From Acutalibacteraceae bacterium (lineage in GTDB: Bacteria > Bacillota > Clostridia > Oscillospirales > Acutalibacteraceae), in NCBI GenBank assembly GCA_045589395.1, contig JAZNOZ010000004.1:1433-65432 (forward strand): a stretch of 64,000 nucleotides of DNA, in the 5' to 3' direction. Below, piece by piece: positions 26,856 to 35,550 of the stretch (position 1 is the stretch's first letter; the number at the start of each line of letters is the position of its first letter). The translations under genes were made by a program, and so were the position numbers. The notes under the pieces are model-generated. The model made no database searches, had not been told where the DNA came from, and saw only the letters and a program-made list of their open reading frames with translations.

Positions 26856-29279
26856 TTAAATCTGCTTTAATCTGCCGAGATTTTTGATAAGGCTCGGGAT
26901 ACCCTTGAATATAATTTTAAGTCCCTTGCCCATTTTGTCTTCGGCAAGAATAAGGATAAGGCCTTCTGCCATTTCGGGACTGAACAGACCGAAGCTCATT
27001 GAAATGAAGTTCTTGATGGGAGTCTGTGTTGCAATGCCGCCTGCCATTGTTTCTGCTCCGAGAAGCTTGATGAGAAGTCTGTAAAGTCTGCCGCCCCATT
27101 TACCGTTCTGGGCGTCCTCTATTGTGTTAAGGACTGTGAACGGGTCGTTCTTGCTTCTTTCTGAGGGGGGTAATTCCTTGCCGTAAACAGCCTTGAAGGC
27201 ATCAGAGCTTACATTCATAATATCTGCCCCGTAGTAGCAGGGAGCGGACTGTCTGTAATCGGGAATTACTGCATCAACGGTTGATTCAACATTAATTGTA
27301 GCTTCAAGTCTTATATCGCGGCTTGATGCACCGACTAAAATTCTGAACTCACCGCTTTCAACATGCCAGTCGCCAAGGTTTACATTATAGTAAGCAAATG
27401 CGCGCTTATCGAGAGTGATTTCGATTTCCTTTTCTTCGCCTGCCTTTAAGAATACTTTCTTGAAGCCCTTAAGCTCTTTAAGAGGACGGTAAATTGTGCT
27501 TTCAACATCGCTAACATAAAGCTGAGCTACTTCTGCACCGTCGACAGAGCCTGTATTTTTAACCTTGAATGAAACAGTAACTGTGTCGGTATCCTTGATA
27601 TTGTCGGCTGATACCTTAATGTCGCTGTATTCAAATGTTGTGTATGAAAGACCGAAGCCGAAGGGGAAACGGACATCCTTTTTTGCTGTGTCATAATATT
27701 TATAGCCTACATAGATTCCCTCTCTGTATTCAACAGAAACCTGTGTGCCGGGGAAGTAGTTGTAGCTTGAATTATCTTCGAGAGCCAAGGGATATGTTTC
27801 ACTCAGCTTACCGCTGGGATTGACATCACCGAAGATTATATCGCATACTGCAGAGCCGCCTGCCTGTCCTGTGAGGAACATATTAAGGATAGCGGGAACC
27901 TTGTCTGCCCATGGCATTTCAACTGAAGCACCGCCTGAAAGCACAACAACCGTGTTGGGGTTAGCCTTAAGCACTTCTTCAACAAGAGAGTTGTGAACGG
28001 GAGGAAGTGAAAGATGCTTTCTGTCGTTGCCTTCTGTTTCATATTCATCGGTAAGACCGATAAATACAACTGCAACCTCTGCTTCTTTTGCTTTGGCGAC
28101 TGCATCGGAAATAAGCTCATCAGACTTCTTATTCTTGCCCTTGAGAACATAGCCCTCAGAGAATGTAAGGTCAATGCCCATTTCTTTCATTGTGTCAAGT
28201 GCACAGTCAAGCTTGATGGGATTGATGATTGATGAGCCTGCACCCTGATAACGGGGTGTGCGTGCCATTTCACCGATAAGAGCAATTTTAGAGCTCTTTT
28301 TAAGAGGAAGAAGCTTGTTGTCATTCTTCATGAGAACCATACACTGAGAAGCGATTTCACGGGCAAGCTTATGGTGCTCGTCGGAGTTGTATGTATATTC
28401 TTTACCGAGAACGGGTTCTGCCTTTTTGGTAAGCTCAATAAGCTTGTCAACAGCTTCATCGAGCACTGCCTCGTCAAGCTCGCCGTTGTTTACTGCGTCA
28501 ACAATAAGCTTTGTACCGATACCGGTGGAAGTGGGCATTTCAAGCTCCTGACCTGCAATAAGTCCGGGAACTCTTTCGTTTCCTGCACCCCAGTCGGTAA
28601 CAACAAGACCCTCGAAGCCAAAGTCCTTGCGAAGCACATCGGTAAGCAGCCATTTATTTTCAGAGCCGTATGTTCCGTTAAGACGGTTATAGCAGCACAT
28701 TACGGTCCAGGGCTGAGCCTTTTTTACTGCTATTTCAAAGGGGAGAAGATATGTTTCACGGAGAGTTCTTTCATCAGCAACAGTATTAACTGTCATTCTG
28801 CGTGTTTCCTGATTGTTTGCGGCATAGTGCTTAAGAGAAGTACCTATACCCTTGCTCTGAACACCGTTTATGAATGCAGCAGCCATTTCACCTGCAAGAA
28901 CACCGTCTTCAGAGAAATATTCAAAGTTTCTTCCGCAAAGAGGAGAACGCTTGATGTTTGTTCCGGGACCGAGCAGAACTGAAACCTGTTCCTTTCTGCA
29001 TTCGTCACCGAGAGCTTCACCCATTCTGCCGATAAGCTCAGTATCCCATGAGCAGGCAGTTGCGGATGCAGTAGGGAAGCATATTGCGGGAACACCTAAG
29101 AGCATATCCTTGCTCTGAGAGCCTTCGCCCTTTTTACGGATACCGTGAGGTCCGTCGTTAAGAGCGATTGATTTGATGCCGAGTCTTTCAACAGGCTGGC
29201 TGTGCCAGTAGTCAAGACCGTCGCACATGCTTGCTTTTTCTTCAAGAGTCATCTGTTTGATAAGGTCAGAGTGTTTCAT
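26856..29279 (-). CDS. bglX: glycoside hydrolase family 3 beta-glucosidase
   Basis: 807 aa from ATG 29279 ('MKHSDLIKQMTLEEKASMCDG'). GH3 motifs 'GPHGIRK', 'KHYAANNQE' and 'VVTDWGA', plus a C-terminal FN3-like domain. The ORF-track start 29411 lies inside the upstream repeat. Confidence 0.9.
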   Translation of the reverse strand: MKHSDLIKQMTLEEKASMCDGLDYWHSQPVERLGIKSIALNDGPHGIRKKGEGSQSKDMLLGVPAICFPTASATACSWDTELIGRMGEALGDECRKEQVSVLLGPGTNIKRSPLCGRNFEYFSEDGVLAGEMAAAFINGVQSKGIGTSLKHYAANNQETRRMTVNTVADERTLRETYLLPFEIAVKKAQPWTVMCCYNRLNGTYGSENKWLLTDVLRKDFGFEGLVVTDWGAGNERVPGLIAGQELEMPTSTGIGTKLIVDAVNNGELDEAVLDEAVDKLIELTKKAEPVLGKEYTYNSDEHHKLAREIASQCMVLMKNDNKLLPLKKSSKIALIGEMARTPRYQGAGSSIINPIKLDCALDTMKEMGIDLTFSEGYVLKGKNKKSDELISDAVAKAKEAEVAVVFIGLTDEYETEGNDRKHLSLPPVHNSLVEEVLKANPNTVVVLSGGASVEMPWADKVPAILNMFLTGQAGGSAVCDIIFGDVNPSGKLSETYPLALEDNSSYNYFPGTQVSVEYREGIYVGYKYYDTAKKDVRFPFGFGLSYTTFEYSDIKVSADNIKDTDTVTVSFKVKNTGSVDGAEVAQLYVSDVESTIYRPLKELKGFKKVFLKAGEEKEIEITLDKRAFAYYNVNLGDWHVESGEFRILVGASSRDIRLEATINVESTVDAVIPDYRQSAPCYYGADIMNVSSDAFKAVYGKELPPSERSKNDPFTVLNTIEDAQNGKWGGRLYRLLIKLLGAETMAGGIATQTPIKNFISMSFGLFSPEMAEGLILILAEDKMGKGLKIIFKGIPSLIKNLGRLKQI

Positions 29280-29297
29280 TATATCTTTTCCTTTCAT

Positions 29298-29572
29298 AGG
29301 GTGACAATAATAATCCGAACCGTGTTTTTTTTCGGATGATTTCCGCCACTTCTTCGTTAAAATACTCGCCAATCCGCAAGGATTGGCTGCGTTTTTGCCT
29401 TGAATTGCCAAAAATCCTCTCCATAAAAAATCTGCGACCTGAAATCAAAGATTTTTTAGATGATTTTTGGATGTTGAGGGTGCCGAAAGGCTGACGCCTT
29501 TCAAAACCGAAACGCCGAAAAGCGCTGAAAAGGCTTGATTTCAGGCATGGTTCGGATTGTTATTGTCACCCT
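29298..29572. repeat. 275-bp structured intergenic repeat, copy 1 (24-bp terminal inverted repeats)
   Basis: AGGGTGACAATAATAATCCGAACC ... GGTTCGGATTGTTATTGTCACCCT. Internal hairpins include ccaatcc-gcaa-ggattgg and gaaaggc-tgac-gcctttc. About 94% identical to 30535-30809. Confidence 0.9.
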
Positions 29573-30516
29573 TAGTTTATGTTTTCATATGCTGCAGCCA
29601 TAGTTTTTGTTAAAGCTACGGCATCGTCTATTGTGTAGGGGATTTCTCCGCCGTTTAAGCATACATCGAGGAAGCTTTCGAGGGGAGATACCTTTCCTAA
29701 GCCCTCAATATCGGGATATACCCAGTCGCCGTCTGTTTTATAGCAGAGCTTATTTTGTGCGCCGCCGCACATAATTGTGCCCTTTGTGCCCACAATTTCG
29801 AGTGAGAAAGGATTTGACTGAGCAACAAATGCCGTTTCGTTTACGCCTATTGCACCGTTTTTATATTTAAGCACGGACACACAGTTGTCTTCAACAGTTT
29901 TGCACATAACATTAGTGAAAACAGAAGTTACGCTTTCGGGTTCACCTAAAAGCCAGTTGAGTATATACATACCGTGTGCGCCGAGATCCATCATAGCACC
30001 GCCGCAGGTGGGAACGGGATCAAGGAAGGAATCAGGAAGCCAGTTTCCGCTTACACCGTTGTGAGCGTTTCTCATACGGACATATGTAATCTGACCTAAA
30101 AGCCCCGAATCAACGGCATCCTTTATCCATAAGAAATCTGCTCTTGCGCGCCAGATAAAGGAGATACAGAAATTAACACCGTTTTCCTTTACCGCGGCAC
30201 ATACCCTTTCGGCATCCTCTGTTTTCGCTGTCAGCACCTTTTCTGTGAAGATGTGCTTTTTTGCTGTTGCAGCCTTGTAAAGCACCTCGGGATGAATATT
30301 TGTTTCGGCGCATACCATTACCGCATCAATGTCTTTTTTGAGAAATTCATCGTAGTCTGCAACGAATTCGCAGCCGAATTCCTCTGCCTTTGCTTTTCCG
30401 ATTTTTTCATCGGGATCCCATAAGGCAACAATTTTACAGTTTTCGTGCGCAGCAGCAGTTTTGGCATAACCTGAGAAATGTACATGCCAGCAGCCTGCAA
30501 GACCGATTTTCAGCAT
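29572..30516 (-). CDS. Gfo/Idh/MocA-family NAD(P)-dependent oxidoreductase
   Basis: 314 aa. N-terminal Rossmann 'MLKIGLAGCWHVH', then 'EKVL', with the C-terminal alpha/beta domain typical of the family. Confidence 0.85.
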   Translation of the reverse strand: MLKIGLAGCWHVHFSGYAKTAAAHENCKIVALWDPDEKIGKAKAEEFGCEFVADYDEFLKKDIDAVMVCAETNIHPEVLYKAATAKKHIFTEKVLTAKTEDAERVCAAVKENGVNFCISFIWRARADFLWIKDAVDSGLLGQITYVRMRNAHNGVSGNWLPDSFLDPVPTCGGAMMDLGAHGMYILNWLLGEPESVTSVFTNVMCKTVEDNCVSVLKYKNGAIGVNETAFVAQSNPFSLEIVGTKGTIMCGGAQNKLCYKTDGDWVYPDIEGLGKVSPLESFLDVCLNGGEIPYTIDDAVALTKTMAAAYENIN

Positions 30517-30534
30517 AAAAATACCCCTTTTCTT

Positions 30535-30809
30535 AGGGTGACGGTAATAATCCGAACCGTGTTTTTTGTCGGCTGATTTCCGTCACTTCTTCGTTAAAAT
30601 ACTCGCCAATCCGCAAGGATTGGCTGCGTTTTTACCTTGAATTGCCAAAAATCTTCTTGATAAAAAATCTTCGACCTGAAAGCAAAGAGTTTTCAGATGA
30701 TTTTTGGATGTTGAGGGTGCCGAAAGGCTGACGCCTTTCAAAACCGAAACGCCGAAAAGCGCTGAAAAGGTTTGATTTCAGGCATGGTTCGGATTGTTAT
30801 CGTCACCCT
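30535..30809. repeat. 275-bp structured intergenic repeat, copy 2
   Basis: Same orientation and length as copy 1. Terminal repeats are AGGGTGACGGTAATAATCCGAACC / GGTTCGGATTGTTATCGTCACCCT. Confidence 0.9.
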
Positions 30810-32079
30810 ATTCGGGCAGCTCGAGTATATCTGACGCTTCGCCGCTGTCGATAACCTCAACGCCCTTAAGCTTTTTAATGATAATAGAATTTCTTGACTG
30901 AGCATCATCAAGGCTTTTGCCTGCCTCGTCAATCTTCCTTTTTGCCTTTTCGAGTGACAGACCGAATTTTTCATACTGAGCCTTTGCTGCGGCAAGTAAA
31001 TCCATAACCTCATTAGCCTTCTGGTTGAGAGCCATTGTTCTGAAGCCCATAGCAAGGCTTGAAAGAAGTGCTGTTATTGTTGACGGACCTGCAAGCAGAA
31101 TTGAATAATCGTTGTGAAGTCTGTCGGCAAGATTTTCCTTTGAGGAAATGATTTCGGCATATAAGGAGTCCGTTGCGAGATACATAATTGCAAAGGGAGT
31201 TGTTCTCGGAGGATTTATGTATTTGCTGACATCCTTTGCTTCGCTCAGAACTCTTGAATACAAAGCCTTTCTTGTAGCCTTGACAGCTTCGGTGTCACCT
31301 GTATCTCCTGCCTCGCACAGTCTTAAATAGTCCTCCATAGGGAATTTTGAGTCTATAGGCAGATATGTTTTTTCTGTTGAGTTGGGATCGGGGATGATTA
31401 CCGCAAATTCAACAACATCTCTTGAGGAATCGGAACGGTAATTCTTAACATACATATTGGGAATTATCTGGTCGAGTATCCCCTCTAACTGTGTTTCAGC
31501 CCAGTTGCCTCGTGTTTTTACATTTGTAAGCACACGGTTAAGCGCGCTTACACCTGATGAAAGCTCCTTCATTTCTCCGAGGGATTTATATACATTTGAA
31601 AGCTGTTCGGATACTGTTTTGAATGAGGAGTCAAGTCGTGCCGAAAGGGTAGTGGTCAGCTTTTCATCAACTGTAGCACGCATTTCCTCGAGCTTCTTTT
31701 CGTTTGACTTCTGCAGCTTTTCTACAGCTTCGGTAACAGCCCTTGTCTGTTCCTTGCCCGTGCCGTCAAGCTTTTCACGCATATCCGAGAGTGATTTTAT
31801 GAGCATAAGCTGTCTGTCCGCCTCGGCATTATTAAGAGCGTTGATTTTTTCGCCCATCATATCGAGCTTTGTGCCTACAGCAGTTTTTATATGCTCTGAA
31901 TTTGTTATATTTTCCTGTCTGAGGGAAGAAAAATTATCCGTGCAGTTTTTTGAAAGGTTATCTATTTTTTCATTTGTGAGGGAATTTTTATTGCCCGATA
32001 ATTTTATCAGCACCGCTGTTAAAAGCACGATACATACGGAACACAAAAATATCAGCACAAATCCCATAGTCTGAGTCAT
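30808..32079 (-). CDS. rmuC: DNA recombination protein RmuC
   Basis: 423 aa from ATG 32079 (RBS AAAGGAG). N-terminal TM, long coiled-coil, and a C-terminal RmuC nuclease-like region ('VEFAVIIPD...YLPIDSKFP'). Confidence 0.8.
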   Translation of the reverse strand: MTQTMGFVLIFLCSVCIVLLTAVLIKLSGNKNSLTNEKIDNLSKNCTDNFSSLRQENITNSEHIKTAVGTKLDMMGEKINALNNAEADRQLMLIKSLSDMREKLDGTGKEQTRAVTEAVEKLQKSNEKKLEEMRATVDEKLTTTLSARLDSSFKTVSEQLSNVYKSLGEMKELSSGVSALNRVLTNVKTRGNWAETQLEGILDQIIPNMYVKNYRSDSSRDVVEFAVIIPDPNSTEKTYLPIDSKFPMEDYLRLCEAGDTGDTEAVKATRKALYSRVLSEAKDVSKYINPPRTTPFAIMYLATDSLYAEIISSKENLADRLHNDYSILLAGPSTITALLSSLAMGFRTMALNQKANEVMDLLAAAKAQYEKFGLSLEKAKRKIDEAGKSLDDAQSRNSIIIKKLKGVEVIDSGEASDILELPE

Positions 32080-32249
32080 AAAAGCTACTCCTTTTGAACA
32101 TATCATAATAAGTATATCATAGGTAATAAAAAAAATAAAGCAAATAATATAAATTTGAAAAAAGTTTTCTGAATGTATGGAAATGTGTCAGGAATTCTGT
32201 TACAATAGGTAAAAAGTTTTTTTGTATCTGAAAAGGGAGGGCATTAAAA

Positions 32250-33845
32250 GTGAAAAAATTTATCTGTTTATTATTGATTTTTGTGCTTTTGCTGTGTTCT
32301 GCCTGCTCATCCGAGACTCTTATATCAATGTCCTTTGCAGTAAAAGAGGCTGCAGGCAGCTTTGATCCGCAGATTGCCGAAAATGCAACAACAAATATTA
32401 TTGTAAAAAACTGCTTTGAGGGACTTGTAAGATACAACGAAAACGGAGAGATTGTTTCCGGTGTTGCAAAGGAATGGAGTGTAAGTGAGGATTTACTTGT
32501 ATATACATTCACCCTGCGTGAAAATGCCGTATGGCATCTTACGAACACCGCAAAAAAACAGCTTGAAGAGAAATTACCCGAGGATTTTTCTCTTGAGGTT
32601 ACCGCCTTTGACTTTGAATTTGCTCTGAAAAGAGCCGTTGACCCTGCAATGGGAGCAAAAAATGCAGGACTTCTTAAAAATATTAAAAATGCATCGGAGA
32701 TAATTACAGGAAAGGCTTCGCCCGACACTCTCGCGGTTAAGGCTATAGATAAATACACTCTTAAAATAACCCTTTCTCGGCCTCAGAGTAATTTTCTGAA
32801 TGTGCTGACCGAAAGCATCTGTATGCCCTGCAATGAAACATTTTTTGAGGCTTGCTCCGGCAGATACGGAATGTTCATAAAATATTTTATTTCAAACGGT
32901 CCTTTTTATCTCTCATATTTTGATGAAAGCTCCTACCGACTTACAAAAAGTGCAGACTACACGGGAGATAATTTCCCTGAGTCTGATATATTATGGTTTT
33001 ATATAAAGCCGGACTCAACTGCACTTATTCCCATTCTGGAGGAGCATCAGTATTCGGGAGCATATATGAGTGAGCTCGAATTTGCAAATCTTGAAACGGA
33101 CAGAAAAATGACTGTCCTTGAAATAAAGGATGTTACCCGCTGCTTTGTGCTTAACACAAAGAATGAAGTCTTATCAGATATAAACATCCGTCTTGCCTTT
33201 ATGAGCGTAATTGATGCCCAAACACTCTCTCAGGAAAATTCAAAAACCGCAAGCGGATTTTTGCCCGCTGCCTTGGGCGGTGAAGAAGTGTCGGTCAGCT
33301 CTTCGTATAATCCCGAAAAAGCAAGGGAATATCTGAAAAAAGGACTTGAAGAGTTAAACAAAGAGGATATAAGTGTCAGTGTTCTTGCTCCGAAGGAATA
33401 CGAAGAAGCCCTTAAAATTGCTTTGCAGAAATGGCAGCAGATACTCGGAGTAAATATGATAATTTCTGTTGAAGCCGTAGAAGAAGCCCTGCTTATTGAA
33501 AGCGTAAAAAAAGGGGAGTACGATATAGCATTTTATCCGCTGAGGGCGTCCACCCCTTGTAAGGAAGATTTCTTTGCAGACTTTGTTTCTCTTTCAGACA
33601 GTAATATTATTAATCTTGAGGATGAGGGGTATGATAAGCTTGTAAATTCTCTTTTTTCCTCTTCTTCTCAAGCACAGAAAGGTGTGCTTAACAAAATTCA
33701 GAAAAAGCTTCTCAGTACCGGTGCAGTTGTTCCTGTATGGAGTGAAAGCACATATTTTGTGTGTACACAGGATGCAAGGGGAGTTATAGCCTTGCCGGGA
33801 GAAGAAAATCTGTATCTGTTCAACGCAACGGACCAAAACAATTAA
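32250..33845 (+). CDS. ABC-transporter substrate-binding lipoprotein, family 5 (peptide/nickel type)
   Basis: GTG start after GGGAGG. Lipobox 'LLLCSAC'. SBP_bac_5-like length and motifs. No cognate permease or ATPase genes are adjacent. Confidence 0.75.
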   Translation: MKKFICLLLIFVLLLCSACSSETLISMSFAVKEAAGSFDPQIAENATTNIIVKNCFEGLVRYNENGEIVSGVAKEWSVSEDLLVYTFTLRENAVWHLTNTAKKQLEEKLPEDFSLEVTAFDFEFALKRAVDPAMGAKNAGLLKNIKNASEIITGKASPDTLAVKAIDKYTLKITLSRPQSNFLNVLTESICMPCNETFFEACSGRYGMFIKYFISNGPFYLSYFDESSYRLTKSADYTGDNFPESDILWFYIKPDSTALIPILEEHQYSGAYMSELEFANLETDRKMTVLEIKDVTRCFVLNTKNEVLSDINIRLAFMSVIDAQTLSQENSKTASGFLPAALGGEEVSVSSSYNPEKAREYLKKGLEELNKEDISVSVLAPKEYEEALKIALQKWQQILGVNMIISVEAVEEALLIESVKKGEYDIAFYPLRASTPCKEDFFADFVSLSDSNIINLEDEGYDKLVNSLFSSSSQAQKGVLNKIQKKLLSTGAVVPVWSESTYFVCTQDARGVIALPGEENLYLFNATDQNN

Positions 33846-33869
33846 AATAAACAGTAAAGGAGACTTTTT

Positions 33870-35108
33870 GTGTCAACTATACGAGCTTTCAAGGCACTCA
33901 GACCTACAAGGGAATACGCTTCTAAGGTTGCTGAGCTGCCGTATGATGTTATGAATTCCGATGAAGCGAGAATAAAGGTTCAGGGCAATCCTTATTCCTT
34001 CCTGCATGTTGACAAGGCAGAGATTGATTTGCCGCGGAACACTTATCTGTATTCAGATGAGGTTTATAAAAAGGCTGCCGAAAATCTTAAAAGGCTTGAG
34101 AGTGACGGCATCTGCGTTCAGGATGAGAAAAAGCTTTTATACATTTACCGTCAGGTGATGGGAGATATATGTCAGACAGGTATAGCAGGCTGTGCTTCTA
34201 TTGATGACTATATAAGCGGAGTTATAAAACGCCATGAGCTGACGCGTGCCGATAAGGAGGAGGACAGAATCCGTCATGTTGACACATGTGATGCGAACAC
34301 AGGTCCTATTTTCCTTGCATACAGAAGAAATTCAAGGGTTGATGAGATTATAGAAAAGTATACTGCCCTTGAGCCGGAATATGATTTTGTTTCAGAGGGC
34401 GAAGTTAGAAATACCGTATGGGTAATAACTGACGGAAATGATATTGAAGCTGTTATTTCCGCATTTGAGGATATAAAGAGTCTTTATATTGCAGACGGAC
34501 ACCACAGAGCCGCTTCAGCAGTTAAGGTCGGAATGAAAAGAAGAGAAGCAAATCCCGATTATAACGGTAATGAAGAGTTCAATTTCTTTCTTGCAGTCTT
34601 TTTCAGAGCCGATGAGCTTAAAATCCTTGATTATAACAGACTGTTGAAGGACACAAATTCCCACAGCGATGAAGAGCTGTTCTTGCTTCTTGAAGACAGC
34701 TTTACAATAAAGGAAAGCCGGGTTGCTGTTTCTCCCGAAAGAAAGCACAGCTTCGGAATGTATTATAAAAACAAATGGTATGCCTTAGAGCTTAAAAACG
34801 GTATTGCAGATGATAGTAATCCTGTTGAAAGCCTTGATGTGTCTGTACTGCAGAAAGAGGTTATAGAGCGTATTTTCGGTATCTCTGACCCGAGAACGGA
34901 CAGCAGAATAGATTTTGTAGGAGGAATAAGAGGACTGGGAGAGCTTGAAAAGCGCTGCAGTGAGGATGCCGTGCTTGCTTTTTCAATGTATCCCACTTCG
35001 CTCGATGAGCTTATGGCTATAGCTGATGCAGGAGAAATAATGCCTCCCAAATCAACATGGTTCGAGCCGAAGCTTCTCAGCGGTTTATTTATCCACAAAT
35101 TAAAATAA
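33870..35108 (+). CDS. DUF1015-family protein
   Basis: 412 aa. N-terminal 'IRAFKALRP...ELPYDVM' and 'ADGHHR' match my recollection of the conserved DUF1015 signature. GTG start after AAGGAG. Confidence 0.7.
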   Translation: MSTIRAFKALRPTREYASKVAELPYDVMNSDEARIKVQGNPYSFLHVDKAEIDLPRNTYLYSDEVYKKAAENLKRLESDGICVQDEKKLLYIYRQVMGDICQTGIAGCASIDDYISGVIKRHELTRADKEEDRIRHVDTCDANTGPIFLAYRRNSRVDEIIEKYTALEPEYDFVSEGEVRNTVWVITDGNDIEAVISAFEDIKSLYIADGHHRAASAVKVGMKRREANPDYNGNEEFNFFLAVFFRADELKILDYNRLLKDTNSHSDEELFLLLEDSFTIKESRVAVSPERKHSFGMYYKNKWYALELKNGIADDSNPVESLDVSVLQKEVIERIFGISDPRTDSRIDFVGGIRGLGELEKRCSEDAVLAFSMYPTSLDELMAIADAGEIMPPKSTWFEPKLLSGLFIHKLK

Positions 35109-35153
35109 ATTGTCTTATATGGTCAGAAAACTTAAAAAAGTTTAAAAAAACTA

Positions 35154-35182
35154 TTGCATTTATTTTTAGTTTCTGTTATTAT
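35154..35182 (+). promoter_or_regulatory. sigma-A-like promoter of rpmB
   Basis: TTGCAT at 35154-35159, a 17-nt spacer, then TATTAT at 35177-35182. Confidence 0.55.
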
Positions 35183-35240
35183 GTTGTTTGCTGATTTGTT
35201 AAATAAATATTTGCACATAAATTAAGGGAGGTGCGCTCCA

Positions 35241-35429
35241 ATGGCAAAATGCGATTTTTGCGGTAAAGAAGTTAAATTCGGTATCAAAGTTTCTCACTCT
35301 CACAGAAGATCCAACAGAACCTGGAAGCCCAATGTAAAGAGAGTTAAGGCTGTAGTAAACGGCACTCCTTGCAGAGTTCACGCTTGCACTCGTTGCATCC
35401 GTTCCGGTAAGGTAACAAGAGCTGTCTGA
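35241..35429 (+). CDS. rpmB: 50S ribosomal protein L28
   Basis: 62 aa, 'MAKCDFCGKEVKFGIKVSHSHRRSNRTWKPNV', the canonical L28 sequence. RBS AGGGAGG. Confidence 0.95.
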   Translation: MAKCDFCGKEVKFGIKVSHSHRRSNRTWKPNVKRVKAVVNGTPCRVHACTRCIRSGKVTRAV

Positions 35430-35448
35430 TTTAACTGAAGAAAGAATA

Positions 35449-35475
35449 AAGCCGAGGTTTCCTCGGCTTTTTTTC
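35449..35475 (+). terminator. Rho-independent terminator of rpmB
   Basis: aagccgagg-ttt-cctcggctt followed by a T-run. Confidence 0.85.
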
Positions 35476-35550
35476 GTTGCACAAATTAATATGCAGGTCA
35501 AAAGAAATCGGGGTAATGCTTTTTAGGCATCACCCCGTTGCTTATGTTGA

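Noticed and set aside
29336-29494. A 52-codon ORF inside copy 1 of the 275-bp repeat (MISATSSLKYSPIRKDWLRFCLELPKILSIKNLRPEIKDFLDDFWMLRVPKG).
   Set aside because: There is no Shine-Dalgarno. In copy 2 the ATG is CTG. Of the nucleotide differences within the frame, all but one are non-synonymous (7 amino-acid changes), the opposite of purifying selection on a protein. The conservation pattern fits structure, not coding.
32117-32758. Long antisense or overlapping ORFs, including 32117-32758 (213 aa), 15849-16505 (218 aa), 28371-28982 (203 aa), 41417-42016 (199 aa), 31457-32074 (205 aa) and 41277-41744 (155 aa).
   Set aside because: All lie inside, or opposite to, much longer ORFs with clear family signatures. 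They lack an RBS and have low-complexity or Cys/Ser/Phe-rich compositions typical of out-of-frame translation. They are treated as non-coding.
32250-33845. The orphan family-5 substrate-binding lipoprotein as part of a novel system.
   Set aside because: Orphan SBPs that serve distant Opp/App permeases are commonplace in Firmicutes, and nothing in the flanks (rmuC, DUF1015) links to it functionally.
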